This document shows positions 53,838-62,941 of a stretch of DNA of 64,000 bases, piece by piece. The position numbers and the translations under genes were made by a program. The stretch lies in the NCBI GenBank assembly GCA_964553875.1, contig CAZKNH010000001.1, positions 62,354 to 126,353 on the forward strand, in the 5' to 3' direction. Below the pieces are notes generated by a model. The model did not search any database, was not told the DNA's origin, and saw only the letters and a program-made list of their open reading frames with translations. Position 1 is the first letter of the stretch. Every line of letters begins with the position of its first letter. Origin of the DNA: an uncultured Gammaproteobacteria bacterium (lineage in GTDB: Bacteria > Pseudomonadota > Gammaproteobacteria > Steroidobacterales > Rariloculaceae).

Positions 53838-56786
53838 ATGCCGAGACTTCATTCGACCGTGCGGGCGCTTTGCGCGGCGCTCCTCCTTGCCTTAGCGCCA
53901 GACATCGCGGCGCCGCAAGGCCGCGCGCCCGCGGTGGTTCCGTTCGACATCGCGAGCGGCCCGCTCGCGGACGCGCTCGAGCGTTTTGCTGAGCAGAGCG
54001 GTCTCTCGATCGTCTACTCCTCCGTTTCGGTGCGCGACCGGAGTGCACCGGCGGTCGCAGGCGCGATGCCGCCGGCGGCGGCGCTCGACCGGCTCCTCGC
54101 CGGCACGGACATCCGTTGGCGCTACGTCGACGACCAGACGGTCGCGCTCGAGCCGGTGCGGCGCAACGTAGCGCGAGCGATGCTCGAAGCGCGCGACGAC
54201 GTGCCGTCCGGCGTCGCGGGTCTCGGCGACCTCGAGGTCGTGCACGATCCATCGCGACCTGTGCCGCGGGAGCCGAGCGGTGTGCTCTTCGGCATCGGCA
54301 AGCCGCTCCTGGAGACGCCGCGTGCGGTGTCGTTCGTAGGGGCGGAGACGATCGACCTTCTCGGTCTCTCGGCCGTCGAGGATCTCGTTCGGGTCGTGCC
54401 GGGCGTCTACACAACGACACGATGGGGGATTCAGGGCTCGATCGATGTCCGCAACGTGCCGGCCGACACGTACTTCAGAGGCATGAAGCGGCTCAATCTG
54501 CAGGGACACGGGCGCAGCGTCCTCGCTGCCGTCGACGGTATCGAGGTGGTGAAGGGACCTTCGACGCCGCTCTACGGGATGGGCAAGATCGGCGGCTACA
54601 CGAACATGGTGCCGCGATCCGTGCGTGCCGCGACTGGCGGCTACTGGTCGGAGCCGCAAGGCTACGTGCAGATGACGTTCGGCTCCTTCGAGAAGTCGGA
54701 GGTGTCCTTCGGCATCGGCGGACCGCTGCCGACGTCGCGTCGGCAGGGCGGGTACTACGTCTACGGTCTCGTGGAGGAGTCGCACTCGCACGTCGAGCAT
54801 GTGCCGATACGCCAGCGAGTGCTGCAGGCGTCGTTCACGCTCGACGAGCTCGTCGGCGATTTTCGGCTCGAAGCGGGCATGAACCTGCAGCGGTCGGGCA
54901 CCGCGGGCGCGCTGTTGAATCGCTTCACGCAGGAGCTTGCGGACCATGGCCGCTACATCCGCGGCGTTCCGCTCGTCGACCTCGACGTCGACGGGAATGG
55001 CAGCATCGGATTCCTCGAAATGCACGCGCGTTCGCCGGTCGAGGGCAAAGTGTCCGCAGGCAATCGACCGCTCCAGCAGTACTGGGCCTGGCCGACCGAT
55101 GCGGACGGCGTTCCGCTCCCGGTCGAGCGCTTTCCGACAGCCGCCGGCATTCCGCAGTCCCTGTACGACTATCTGCTCGAGCACCCGGAGGCCGATCCGA
55201 CCGGGTTGCTGAGAGCTCAGGGACCGGGCGGGCCCGTGCCGATCTCGGGGCGAGTGCCCGTCGGGTTCGCGCTCGATCCGCGGACGGTTGGATACGGCCA
55301 GCTCGACCCGAGCCGGCCCGGCGCGCTCGAGCGCGAGCTCGAGGCCGATTTCGTCACGCTGTATCTCGATCTGATCGACGACGCCGATCCGAGCCTCACG
55401 GTCAAGAACCAGCTGTTCTTCGACGCGATGCAGCAGCACAAGCTGTCCGAGCTGCCGTTCAGCCAGCGGCAGGACGTCTACGTCGTCGAGGACAAGCTGA
55501 CGGTCACCCGCGTTTTCGATCGCCTGCCCGGCTGGATCGACGTCCAAGCCCTCGCGACCGCGAACGTCCGCTACACGTCGTCGAAGGGCCGATCGTCGAG
55601 CGGAGACTACGCGACGCATCGCTCGGACGCGATGCACGGTGTCGACGGTGCGCTGTCTCCGGGCGCGCGGTTCGCGACGAGCCTGATAGACGACCGCGTC
55701 TACGACGGCGGGATGCCGTGGACCGCGCACTATGCCACGGACGCGCTCGAGATCGGCGCCGCAATGATCGTCGACGTCGTGCTGAACGATCGGACGACGC
55801 TCACGCTCGGCGCGCGATTCGACCGCTCGAAGGCGAGCAACGTCGATTACGGCGGCGTCGTCGATCTCTCCGCGGGGAGCGCCGAGAATCCGGTCGTGCT
55901 GCAGGCCGAGGATCGACATGCGAGCGGCTGGGACAGCGGCGTGTCGTGGAGCTTGAGCGTCTCGCGGCGATTCGGCGCGGGTTTCCATCCGTACCTGACG
56001 GTCGGCGAATCGACGCTCGCGCTCGACGGGAACAACAACAAGTACAGCAACGACGTGATCGAGCACGGGCACATCGGCAAGGCGAGGCTCGCGGAGATCG
56101 GGCTCAAGGCGGCGTTGCTCGACGACCGTCTGTACTTTTCCGTGGCGGGCTACCAGCAGGCGCGCCGCGACGCGCGGCTCGGCGACCCGACGGGCGTTCT
56201 CACCGCTTATGTTTCGGCGACGTCGACGGAGGGCTGGGAGGCGGAGCTCGGCTGGACGCCGACGCGGAACCTGTCGTTCTCGCTCTACGCGTTGCAGCAG
56301 GTGACCCGCTACACGCCGAACGTCGGCGAGCCGATCATGGTTGATGCTCGCGTACTCGGATTCCGCGACGTGATCGACGCCGACGGAAACGTGATCTATC
56401 CGGCCGAGGCGTTCCTGTACGGCGGCCGCAGCTTCCTCGTGCTGCCGGACGGTTTCGACGAGTACGAGCAAAAGCAGGGCAACCCGGGCTCACAGCACGG
56501 CTTCCTGTTCCGCTACGAGCTTCCGAGCGGCCTCGGGTTCACGTTGAGCGGCAATCACTTCTCGAGCACGTACAGCGGACGCCTCAAGCTCGTCGAGATG
56601 CCTGCGGCGAACGTGCTGAACGCGGGCGTCTACCTGAACCGCGGCGATTGGCAGCTCAAGTGGGACGTGTGGAATCTGCTCGACGAGCGCTACTTCCGCG
56701 CCCGCACCGGCGACACGCTCGGCGACGTGCTCGTGTCGGCGATGCCCGGGCGGCGGTGGCAGGCGTCCGTCAGAGTATGCTTCTAG
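53838..56786 (+). CDS. TonB-dependent transducer (receptor with N-terminal STN signalling domain)
   Basis: Signal peptide MPRLHSTVRALCAALLLALAPDIAAPQ. STN domain FDIASGPLADALERFAEQSGLSIVYS. Plug and barrel follow. The terminal residue is F. Confidence 0.9.
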   Translation: MPRLHSTVRALCAALLLALAPDIAAPQGRAPAVVPFDIASGPLADALERFAEQSGLSIVYSSVSVRDRSAPAVAGAMPPAAALDRLLAGTDIRWRYVDDQTVALEPVRRNVARAMLEARDDVPSGVAGLGDLEVVHDPSRPVPREPSGVLFGIGKPLLETPRAVSFVGAETIDLLGLSAVEDLVRVVPGVYTTTRWGIQGSIDVRNVPADTYFRGMKRLNLQGHGRSVLAAVDGIEVVKGPSTPLYGMGKIGGYTNMVPRSVRAATGGYWSEPQGYVQMTFGSFEKSEVSFGIGGPLPTSRRQGGYYVYGLVEESHSHVEHVPIRQRVLQASFTLDELVGDFRLEAGMNLQRSGTAGALLNRFTQELADHGRYIRGVPLVDLDVDGNGSIGFLEMHARSPVEGKVSAGNRPLQQYWAWPTDADGVPLPVERFPTAAGIPQSLYDYLLEHPEADPTGLLRAQGPGGPVPISGRVPVGFALDPRTVGYGQLDPSRPGALERELEADFVTLYLDLIDDADPSLTVKNQLFFDAMQQHKLSELPFSQRQDVYVVEDKLTVTRVFDRLPGWIDVQALATANVRYTSSKGRSSSGDYATHRSDAMHGVDGALSPGARFATSLIDDRVYDGGMPWTAHYATDALEIGAAMIVDVVLNDRTTLTLGARFDRSKASNVDYGGVVDLSAGSAENPVVLQAEDRHASGWDSGVSWSLSVSRRFGAGFHPYLTVGESTLALDGNNNKYSNDVIEHGHIGKARLAEIGLKAALLDDRLYFSVAGYQQARRDARLGDPTGVLTAYVSATSTEGWEAELGWTPTRNLSFSLYALQQVTRYTPNVGEPIMVDARVLGFRDVIDADGNVIYPAEAFLYGGRSFLVLPDGFDEYEQKQGNPGSQHGFLFRYELPSGLGFTLSGNHFSSTYSGRLKLVEMPAANVLNAGVYLNRGDWQLKWDVWNLLDERYFRARTGDTLGDVLVSAMPGRRWQASVRVCF

Positions 56787-56820
56787 CCGCCGAACGTCCG
56801 CCGCGCCCGCAGAGCGACGG

Positions 56821-57588
56821 CTAGTCGCTCGCTCGGCGAGCTGCCGCGACGAGGTCGAGAAACCCTCCAGCGCCCATCGCACCCGGGACGATCGCGTCGC
56901 CCACGACGTAAGTGGGTGTGCCTTCGATCCCGAGGGCCTCTGCAAGGCGCATGTTCTCTTCGAGAATCGCTCGTACCTCGGGGCTCTTTGCGTCCTGCTC
57001 GATGCGGTCCACGTCGAGCCCCATCGTCGCCGCGACCTCGAGCGCTGTCGTGCGGTCGATTCGTCCCTCCATGCCGAGGAGCCTCGAATGGAACGTCGCA
57101 TACGCGTCGCCATTCGGTACCTGCATCTTGACCGCGACGCCGACCTCCGCTGCCTCGAGCGAGTCGATGCCGAGAATCGGAAAATCCTTGAGCACCAACC
57201 TGACGTCGCGATCCGTGCTCAAGAGCTCGAGCTTCCCGGCGAGTGCCCTCTTACAGAACGCGCAGTTGTAGTCGAAAAACTCGACGACGGTGACGTCGCC
57301 GTCCGGGTTCCCGAGCACGATATCGGATCCCGACTCGAGGAGCGCTTCTTCGTGCAACGCGAGAGCCGATTTGCGCCGAGCGATCTCCGCGGCGGTGCGG
57401 CGCCTGCCGAGCTCGTCTTGCATTGCCTCGAGGATCTCCGGGTGATCGAGCAGATAGCTGTGCACGATCTGCTCTATCTCGGGGCGAACGTCCGAGGAGC
57501 CACGGTCCTCTCGGTCCTGAAAGATCTCAAGAGCCAGCACGCTGGCCAGTGCCGCGGCCGACATCCCGACGGCCAAGAGCTGCTTCAT
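56821..57588 (-). CDS. DsbA-family (Com1-like) periplasmic thiol:disulfide oxidoreductase
   Basis: Signal peptide. Motifs VVEFFDYNCAFCKR (CxxC) and GIEGTPTYVVG. Confidence 0.85.
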   Translation of the reverse strand: MKQLLAVGMSAAALASVLALEIFQDREDRGSSDVRPEIEQIVHSYLLDHPEILEAMQDELGRRRTAAEIARRKSALALHEEALLESGSDIVLGNPDGDVTVVEFFDYNCAFCKRALAGKLELLSTDRDVRLVLKDFPILGIDSLEAAEVGVAVKMQVPNGDAYATFHSRLLGMEGRIDRTTALEVAATMGLDVDRIEQDAKSPEVRAILEENMRLAEALGIEGTPTYVVGDAIVPGAMGAGGFLDLVAAARRASD

Positions 57589-57771
57589 GATGACGAGCTC
57601 GACGACGATCCGTACGAAAGCTCAGACGACCGAAGACGACGCTCCCCTACCCGGAAAGCGAAAGGCCGATCACTTTCCGCAGAAGGTAGGGTTCGTAGAT
57701 GCGCAAACGTCTCGGCTTGCAAGAGAGCCGCGCAAATCGTTTCGTCGCGCGGCGCGTAGGAGAGCAAGGAG

Positions 57772-60525
57772 ATGCTTGAGCCGTTCCGCATGGGTCACGT
57801 CAAGATGACGGTGTTGGGTTGGGCGATTGCCGTCGCATGTCTGGGAGCGTGCGCATCGGCCGCGATGGGGCAGGACGCGGCCGAGGATGACGACGGTGAT
57901 GTCGCTTCTTTGAGCGGCATCGAGGTCGTGGACGACCCACTCCGCATTCTGCCGAACGAGATCAGCGCTTCGTCCTTCGGATTCGCGAAGCCGATCCTCG
58001 ATACGCCGCGATCGGTCTCGTTCGTGAGTCAGGAGACGATCGAGCTGTTCGGGCTCTCGTCCGTCGAGGATCTGGGGCGCGTAACGCCCAGCGTGTTCAC
58101 GCCGTCGCGCTACGGCATCCAGGGCTCCGTCGACGTTCGCGGAGTCTCGGCAGATACGTATATCCGCGGCATGAAGCGGCTGACGCTGCAGGGCAACGCC
58201 CGCAGCGTCCTTGCCGCAATGGATGCGATCGAGGTCGTCAAGGGGCCGCCGTCGCCGATCTACGGAATGGGCAAGATCGGCGGCTACACGAACTTCACGC
58301 CGAAGTCCGGCCGCGCCGCGATCGGCGGCTACCTGCCGAGCATGCAGGGATTCGCTCAGATCATCTCGGGCACCGGCGGACGGGACAGGCGGGAATTCAC
58401 GGCCGGCGTCGGCGGCCCCATGCAGCTCTTCGGCAAGCAGGGCGGCTATTACGTGTTCGGCCTGCTCGAAGATTCGCAGTCGTTCTACAAGGCGACGCCC
58501 TACTCGCAGAAGCTGCTGCAGGCCGCGACGTCGATCGACCGGGGCATCGGGCGCTTTCGCGTCGAGGCGGGCGTCAACTATCAGGATGGTGTGACTGCCG
58601 GTGCGCTCTCCTCCCGCGTCACTCAGGATCTCGTCGATAACGGCAGGTACATCGCTGGAACCCCGCTCGTCAATCTCGATCTCAACGGCAACGGAAGAAT
58701 CGGTTACTACGAGATGCATCGGGCTTCGCCGGTGCGAGGAAATCTATCTTCCGGAAATCAGCCGCTGGTCCAGGTCTTCGACTGGCCGACGGACGAGAAC
58801 GGAAACTATCTGCCGCTCGATCAGTTCCCCAAGATCCCGGGTATTCCGGAGTCGCTCTACGACTACCTGACGGAGCATCCGGAAGCCGATCCGACGGGGG
58901 TGCTGCGCGCCCAGGGGATCGGCGGACCGGTGCCCCGTTCGGGTTACATCCCCGTCGGCTTCTTCCTCGATCCTCGCACCGTTCGCGTCGTGACGCTCAC
59001 GGAGGATCAGCGCAGGCGCGCCGGCGCTCACGAGCGCGAGCTTCGAGCGCTGTTCACGACCGGGTTCTTCGATCTCGTCTACGACGAGAACCCGGATTTC
59101 ACGATGAAGAACCAGCTGTTCTACGACAGCATGGATCAGTACAAGGTGTCGAATCAGCCGCTGTACCTGACCAACGACGTGAGCGTCATGGAGAACAAGT
59201 TCACCGTGACGAAGCGGCTCTTGAAGCTTCCGTCGTGGATCAGCGTCAACACGCTCGGATCGATCAACGTGCGCCGCACGGAATCGAGAACTTCGTCCGG
59301 TATCGGCGGTGACCTCTCGCGCACGCGCGTCGACATTACCGATCCGAACTGGGTAGACACCTACAGGACGCCGAACACGACGTTCGCCACGGCCCGCGAC
59401 AACCCGGATCTCAACAATGACGGCACGTGGTACGCGCAGCGCGGAAAGACGGTCTTTACCGAGTACGGCATCGGCCTGCTGTTCGACGTCGACTTCCTGC
59501 GCGGCCGCGTAAACCTCCTTGCCGGCGGGCGGTACGACTACTCGAAGGCCAGGAATCACGAGTACGCGGGCACGTACAACGTCAACACCGGAACTTCCGA
59601 GAATCCGGGCGCGTTCCGCACGAGCACAACGTCGGCGCACGGCTCCGACAGCGGCACTTCGTGGAGCGTCAGCCTTTCGTATCGGGCGGGCGACGGCATT
59701 CGACCTTACGTGACCATCGCGCACTCGAGCCTCACGCTCGACCAGAACAACAACCGCATCAATAACGAGGTCATCCAGTCGGGGCATATCGGCCAGGCCG
59801 AGCTCAAGGAATACGGCGTCAAGTACAGCGCGCTCGGCGAGCGTCTGTTCCTGAGCGTCGCGAATTACGAGCAGACCCGGACGGACGTCACCGCCGATCC
59901 GGATGACCCGACGCTCAATGCCGAGGTGACGTCCACGCGGGCCCGCGGCACCGAGCTCGAGCTCAAGATCGTGCCGCGCTCGGGCCTGACCCTTTCGCTC
60001 TTTGCGCTGAAGCAGGAGACGCTGTTCCGCCCGATCACGGGCGGCACATTCGCGATCGACGCGCGGCATCTCGGCTTCATGGACGTGATCGATCCCGAGA
60101 CCGGAGAGGTCATCTATCCGGCGGAGGCGTTCCTCTACGGCGGTATCGCGAACATCGAAATGCCGGACGGGCTGGCGGAGTTCGAGGTGCGGCCGACTCA
60201 GCCCGAACGCCAGGCCGGTGCGACGGTGACGTTCCAGTTCCCGCGCGGTAGCGGCGTCCTCTCGGGGCTCGGATTCACCTTCAGCGGCAACTATCAGTCG
60301 GACGTCTGCGGCGGACGTCTCTGTCTCATCACGCTGCCTTCGGTGAAGACGTACAACTTCGGCGTGTTCAAGACCTTCGACTCGATCGACTTCAAGTTCG
60401 ACGTGACGAACGTGACCGACGAGCGCTACTACAACCCGAGGCTCTACGTCAACGCAGCGGACATGCTTCTGAGCGCGATGCCGGGAAGGTCGTATGCCCT
60501 CACGGCGAAGGTCAACTTCAGGTAG
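57772..60525 (+). CDS. TonB-dependent receptor, paralogue of 53838-56786 without STN domain
   Basis: Signal peptide. The plug GIQGSVDVRGVSADTYIRGMKRLTLQG...VVKGPPSPIYGMGKIGGYTNF is nearly colinear with the upstream transducer. Confidence 0.9.
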   Translation: MLEPFRMGHVKMTVLGWAIAVACLGACASAAMGQDAAEDDDGDVASLSGIEVVDDPLRILPNEISASSFGFAKPILDTPRSVSFVSQETIELFGLSSVEDLGRVTPSVFTPSRYGIQGSVDVRGVSADTYIRGMKRLTLQGNARSVLAAMDAIEVVKGPPSPIYGMGKIGGYTNFTPKSGRAAIGGYLPSMQGFAQIISGTGGRDRREFTAGVGGPMQLFGKQGGYYVFGLLEDSQSFYKATPYSQKLLQAATSIDRGIGRFRVEAGVNYQDGVTAGALSSRVTQDLVDNGRYIAGTPLVNLDLNGNGRIGYYEMHRASPVRGNLSSGNQPLVQVFDWPTDENGNYLPLDQFPKIPGIPESLYDYLTEHPEADPTGVLRAQGIGGPVPRSGYIPVGFFLDPRTVRVVTLTEDQRRRAGAHERELRALFTTGFFDLVYDENPDFTMKNQLFYDSMDQYKVSNQPLYLTNDVSVMENKFTVTKRLLKLPSWISVNTLGSINVRRTESRTSSGIGGDLSRTRVDITDPNWVDTYRTPNTTFATARDNPDLNNDGTWYAQRGKTVFTEYGIGLLFDVDFLRGRVNLLAGGRYDYSKARNHEYAGTYNVNTGTSENPGAFRTSTTSAHGSDSGTSWSVSLSYRAGDGIRPYVTIAHSSLTLDQNNNRINNEVIQSGHIGQAELKEYGVKYSALGERLFLSVANYEQTRTDVTADPDDPTLNAEVTSTRARGTELELKIVPRSGLTLSLFALKQETLFRPITGGTFAIDARHLGFMDVIDPETGEVIYPAEAFLYGGIANIEMPDGLAEFEVRPTQPERQAGATVTFQFPRGSGVLSGLGFTFSGNYQSDVCGGRLCLITLPSVKTYNFGVFKTFDSIDFKFDVTNVTDERYYNPRLYVNAADMLLSAMPGRSYALTAKVNFR

Positions 60526-60579
60526 AGGAAGCAGGCGCGACTCGCGCCGACCGAACACTCACGTCAACAAAGAAAGGAA

Positions 60580-62874
60580 ATGAAGATGACGCTAGAGCTT
60601 CGACCCGGATCGGGGACGACTCGTCTTCCGGCGGCCTTCGCGTGCCTGATCGCGGCGGTGCCGACCGCGGTGTGCGCTCAGTCTTTTCGCATCGAGGAGG
60701 CGTCGATCGCGGACATCCACGAGGCGATCAAGGCCGGAGAGGTGACGTGTGAAGGTGTCGTGCGTGCCTATCTCGAGCGAGTGAAAGCGTACAACGGCAC
60801 GTGCACCCGACTCGTCACCGAGGACGGTCAAGACGTTCCTGCCGTTCCTGGAACGATGCGCGGAGGTGCGCCGCTGACGTTTCCGACCGAGACCGTCGCC
60901 GTGTCGGCCCTGCTGCCGGACTACGACAAGTACAAAGGCCCGCCGCTCGAATTCGGGCGCATGGAGCCGACGAAGTCCGATCCCGCCGTCTATCAGCAGT
61001 ACGGCATGAGGGTCGGCGTGCCGAACGCCGGGCAAGTCAACGCGCTCGAGACGATCAATCTGCGCGGCGAGCGTTCGGTGACGTGCAAGGCCGAGTGCGA
61101 CGCCCATCCTTCCACGGGACCGCTGCCCGCGACGTGTCCGAAAGTGTGCGATTCGTTCCGGCAGCAGCCGGATGCCATCGAGCGCGCACAGGAGCTCGAT
61201 CGACTGTACGGGCGCAACCCGGACCTCGAGAAGATGCCGATGTACTGCGTCGTCTTCTCGTGGAAGAACTGGTACGACGCGACCGACATGCGCTCCACGG
61301 GCGGCATGGACGTCGACTTCGCGATGGACGCGCCGCCCGCGGATTCGCCCGATATCGCCGAGCTCCGAGCGAAAGGTGCGATCAGCTTCGCGATTGCAAC
61401 CGCGAATCGCGCGCAGGCGTCCGCCGATGGACCGGAGAAGCCGACAACCGTGTTTCTCGCGGACAACCTCGGATTCGGCTCGTGGGGCGGTCAGCCTTGC
61501 AATCCTTACGACACGGAGCGCGTGCCCAGAGGTTCGAGCTCGGGCTCGGGTGTCTCGGTCGCAGCGAATCTCGTCACGTGCTCGATCTGTGAGCAGTCGG
61601 GCGGTTCGTGCAAGGGCCCGGCCGGAAGAAACAACGTCGTGAACCTTCTTCCGACGAAGGGCGTCATGATGGACGGCGGGTACGGCTACCAGAAGCTCGG
61701 CGACAGAGCCGGCATCCACTGCAAGACGGTCGAGGATGCAGTGCAGGTTCTCGACGCCGCGAAGGGTTTCGATTCACGGGACATCTACAGCGCGTTGCCG
61801 CCGAGAATGATTCCCGACGAGCCGTACGGGAGCTTCCTCGTCCGCGACGAAGACGTGCCCCAGAAGCCGCTCGCGGGGATGCGGATCGGGATCGTGCGCG
61901 AGTTCATGGTCAAGCATACGAAGAACGACGAGGCGATCTCGGACCAGCTCGACCGCGAGATCAAGGCGGTTCTGCGCGACAAGCTCGGCGCGGAGCTCGT
62001 CGAATCGTTCGATCCGAAGTACGGCGACGACCCCGACGTGCCGAACATGAAGTACACGTTCCAGGATGCGATCTCCGAAGTATTGCCTCTGATCGTTCCG
62101 GAGTACTTCTGGCAGCGAACGCCGACAGGCGAGCTCGAGTTCGCCGTGCCGGGCTGGGACGTGACCTCGACGGAGTATCTCGTCGCACTGTCGCTCCGTC
62201 AGGCGCCGCTCTCCGAGAAGCTTCACATGCGGCGCATCAGCAAGAACGCAGCCCAGTTCGAGGGAGCGCTGGCCTGGGACCGATACCTTGCATTGCGAGG
62301 GGACGAGCGGGTTCGTGACTGGGCAAGCTGGGTCGAGAACGCGAAGTTCGACAGCGATGAGCTGCGCGCGAGAGCCGTGAACGTCCTGTCGGTGAAGGAT
62401 CCGCGGATCGCCGCGGACGACATCAGCTACGTGAAGATGCAGACGGCGTTGCGGCTGATCGTGCAGAAGGTCATGGACGAGAACGGCATCGACGTATTCG
62501 TCAATCCCGAGCAGACGACGCCGCCGTACAAGCTTGGCGGTCCCTCGGAGCCCGAGGTCGATTACCGCGAGTCGAACGGGTGCTGCCAGGGTCTTACGCC
62601 GATGATCGGCGGGCCCGAGATCGAGGTCCCGGCAGGCTATACGCACGTCGTCTACGAGCCGCAGTACGTGCTGAGCGAGGACGGCACGACGTACTACGCC
62701 GTGACGGGCAGCGAGCGTTCGATCCTGCCTCATCCGATGCCCATCAGCCTGATGTTCTGGGCGGGCGCGGGGCATGACCCGAACGTCATCAAGGCCGCTT
62801 CGGCGTACGAGTCGGCGACTCATCATCGCGTGCCGCCGCCCGCGTTCGGTCCGGTCAAGTCCGAAGGGAAGTAG
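60580..62874 (+). CDS. secreted amidase-signature family protein (long form, 764 aa)
   Basis: Signal peptide ending AVCAQ. N-terminal SIADIHEAIKAGEVTCEGVVRAYLERVKAYN. Lys block FSWKNWYDATDMRSTGG. Divergent AS core RGSSSGSGVSVAANLVTCSICEQSGGSCKGPA. Confidence 0.8.
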   Translation: MKMTLELRPGSGTTRLPAAFACLIAAVPTAVCAQSFRIEEASIADIHEAIKAGEVTCEGVVRAYLERVKAYNGTCTRLVTEDGQDVPAVPGTMRGGAPLTFPTETVAVSALLPDYDKYKGPPLEFGRMEPTKSDPAVYQQYGMRVGVPNAGQVNALETINLRGERSVTCKAECDAHPSTGPLPATCPKVCDSFRQQPDAIERAQELDRLYGRNPDLEKMPMYCVVFSWKNWYDATDMRSTGGMDVDFAMDAPPADSPDIAELRAKGAISFAIATANRAQASADGPEKPTTVFLADNLGFGSWGGQPCNPYDTERVPRGSSSGSGVSVAANLVTCSICEQSGGSCKGPAGRNNVVNLLPTKGVMMDGGYGYQKLGDRAGIHCKTVEDAVQVLDAAKGFDSRDIYSALPPRMIPDEPYGSFLVRDEDVPQKPLAGMRIGIVREFMVKHTKNDEAISDQLDREIKAVLRDKLGAELVESFDPKYGDDPDVPNMKYTFQDAISEVLPLIVPEYFWQRTPTGELEFAVPGWDVTSTEYLVALSLRQAPLSEKLHMRRISKNAAQFEGALAWDRYLALRGDERVRDWASWVENAKFDSDELRARAVNVLSVKDPRIAADDISYVKMQTALRLIVQKVMDENGIDVFVNPEQTTPPYKLGGPSEPEVDYRESNGCCQGLTPMIGGPEIEVPAGYTHVVYEPQYVLSEDGTTYYAVTGSERSILPHPMPISLMFWAGAGHDPNVIKAASAYESATHHRVPPPAFGPVKSEGK

Positions 62875-62880
62875 GGTGAA

Positions 62881-62921
62881 CGCGGGTTGGGCCGTCTAGA
62901 CCACTGACATCCCAACCCGCG
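62881..62921 (+). repeat. intercistronic hairpin between the two amidase genes
   Basis: CGCGGGTTGGG-19 nt-CCCAACCCGCG is a perfect 11 bp stem. No U-tract follows. Confidence 0.4.
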
Positions 62922-62941
62922 AGAAGAACGAAGGAAAGCCC

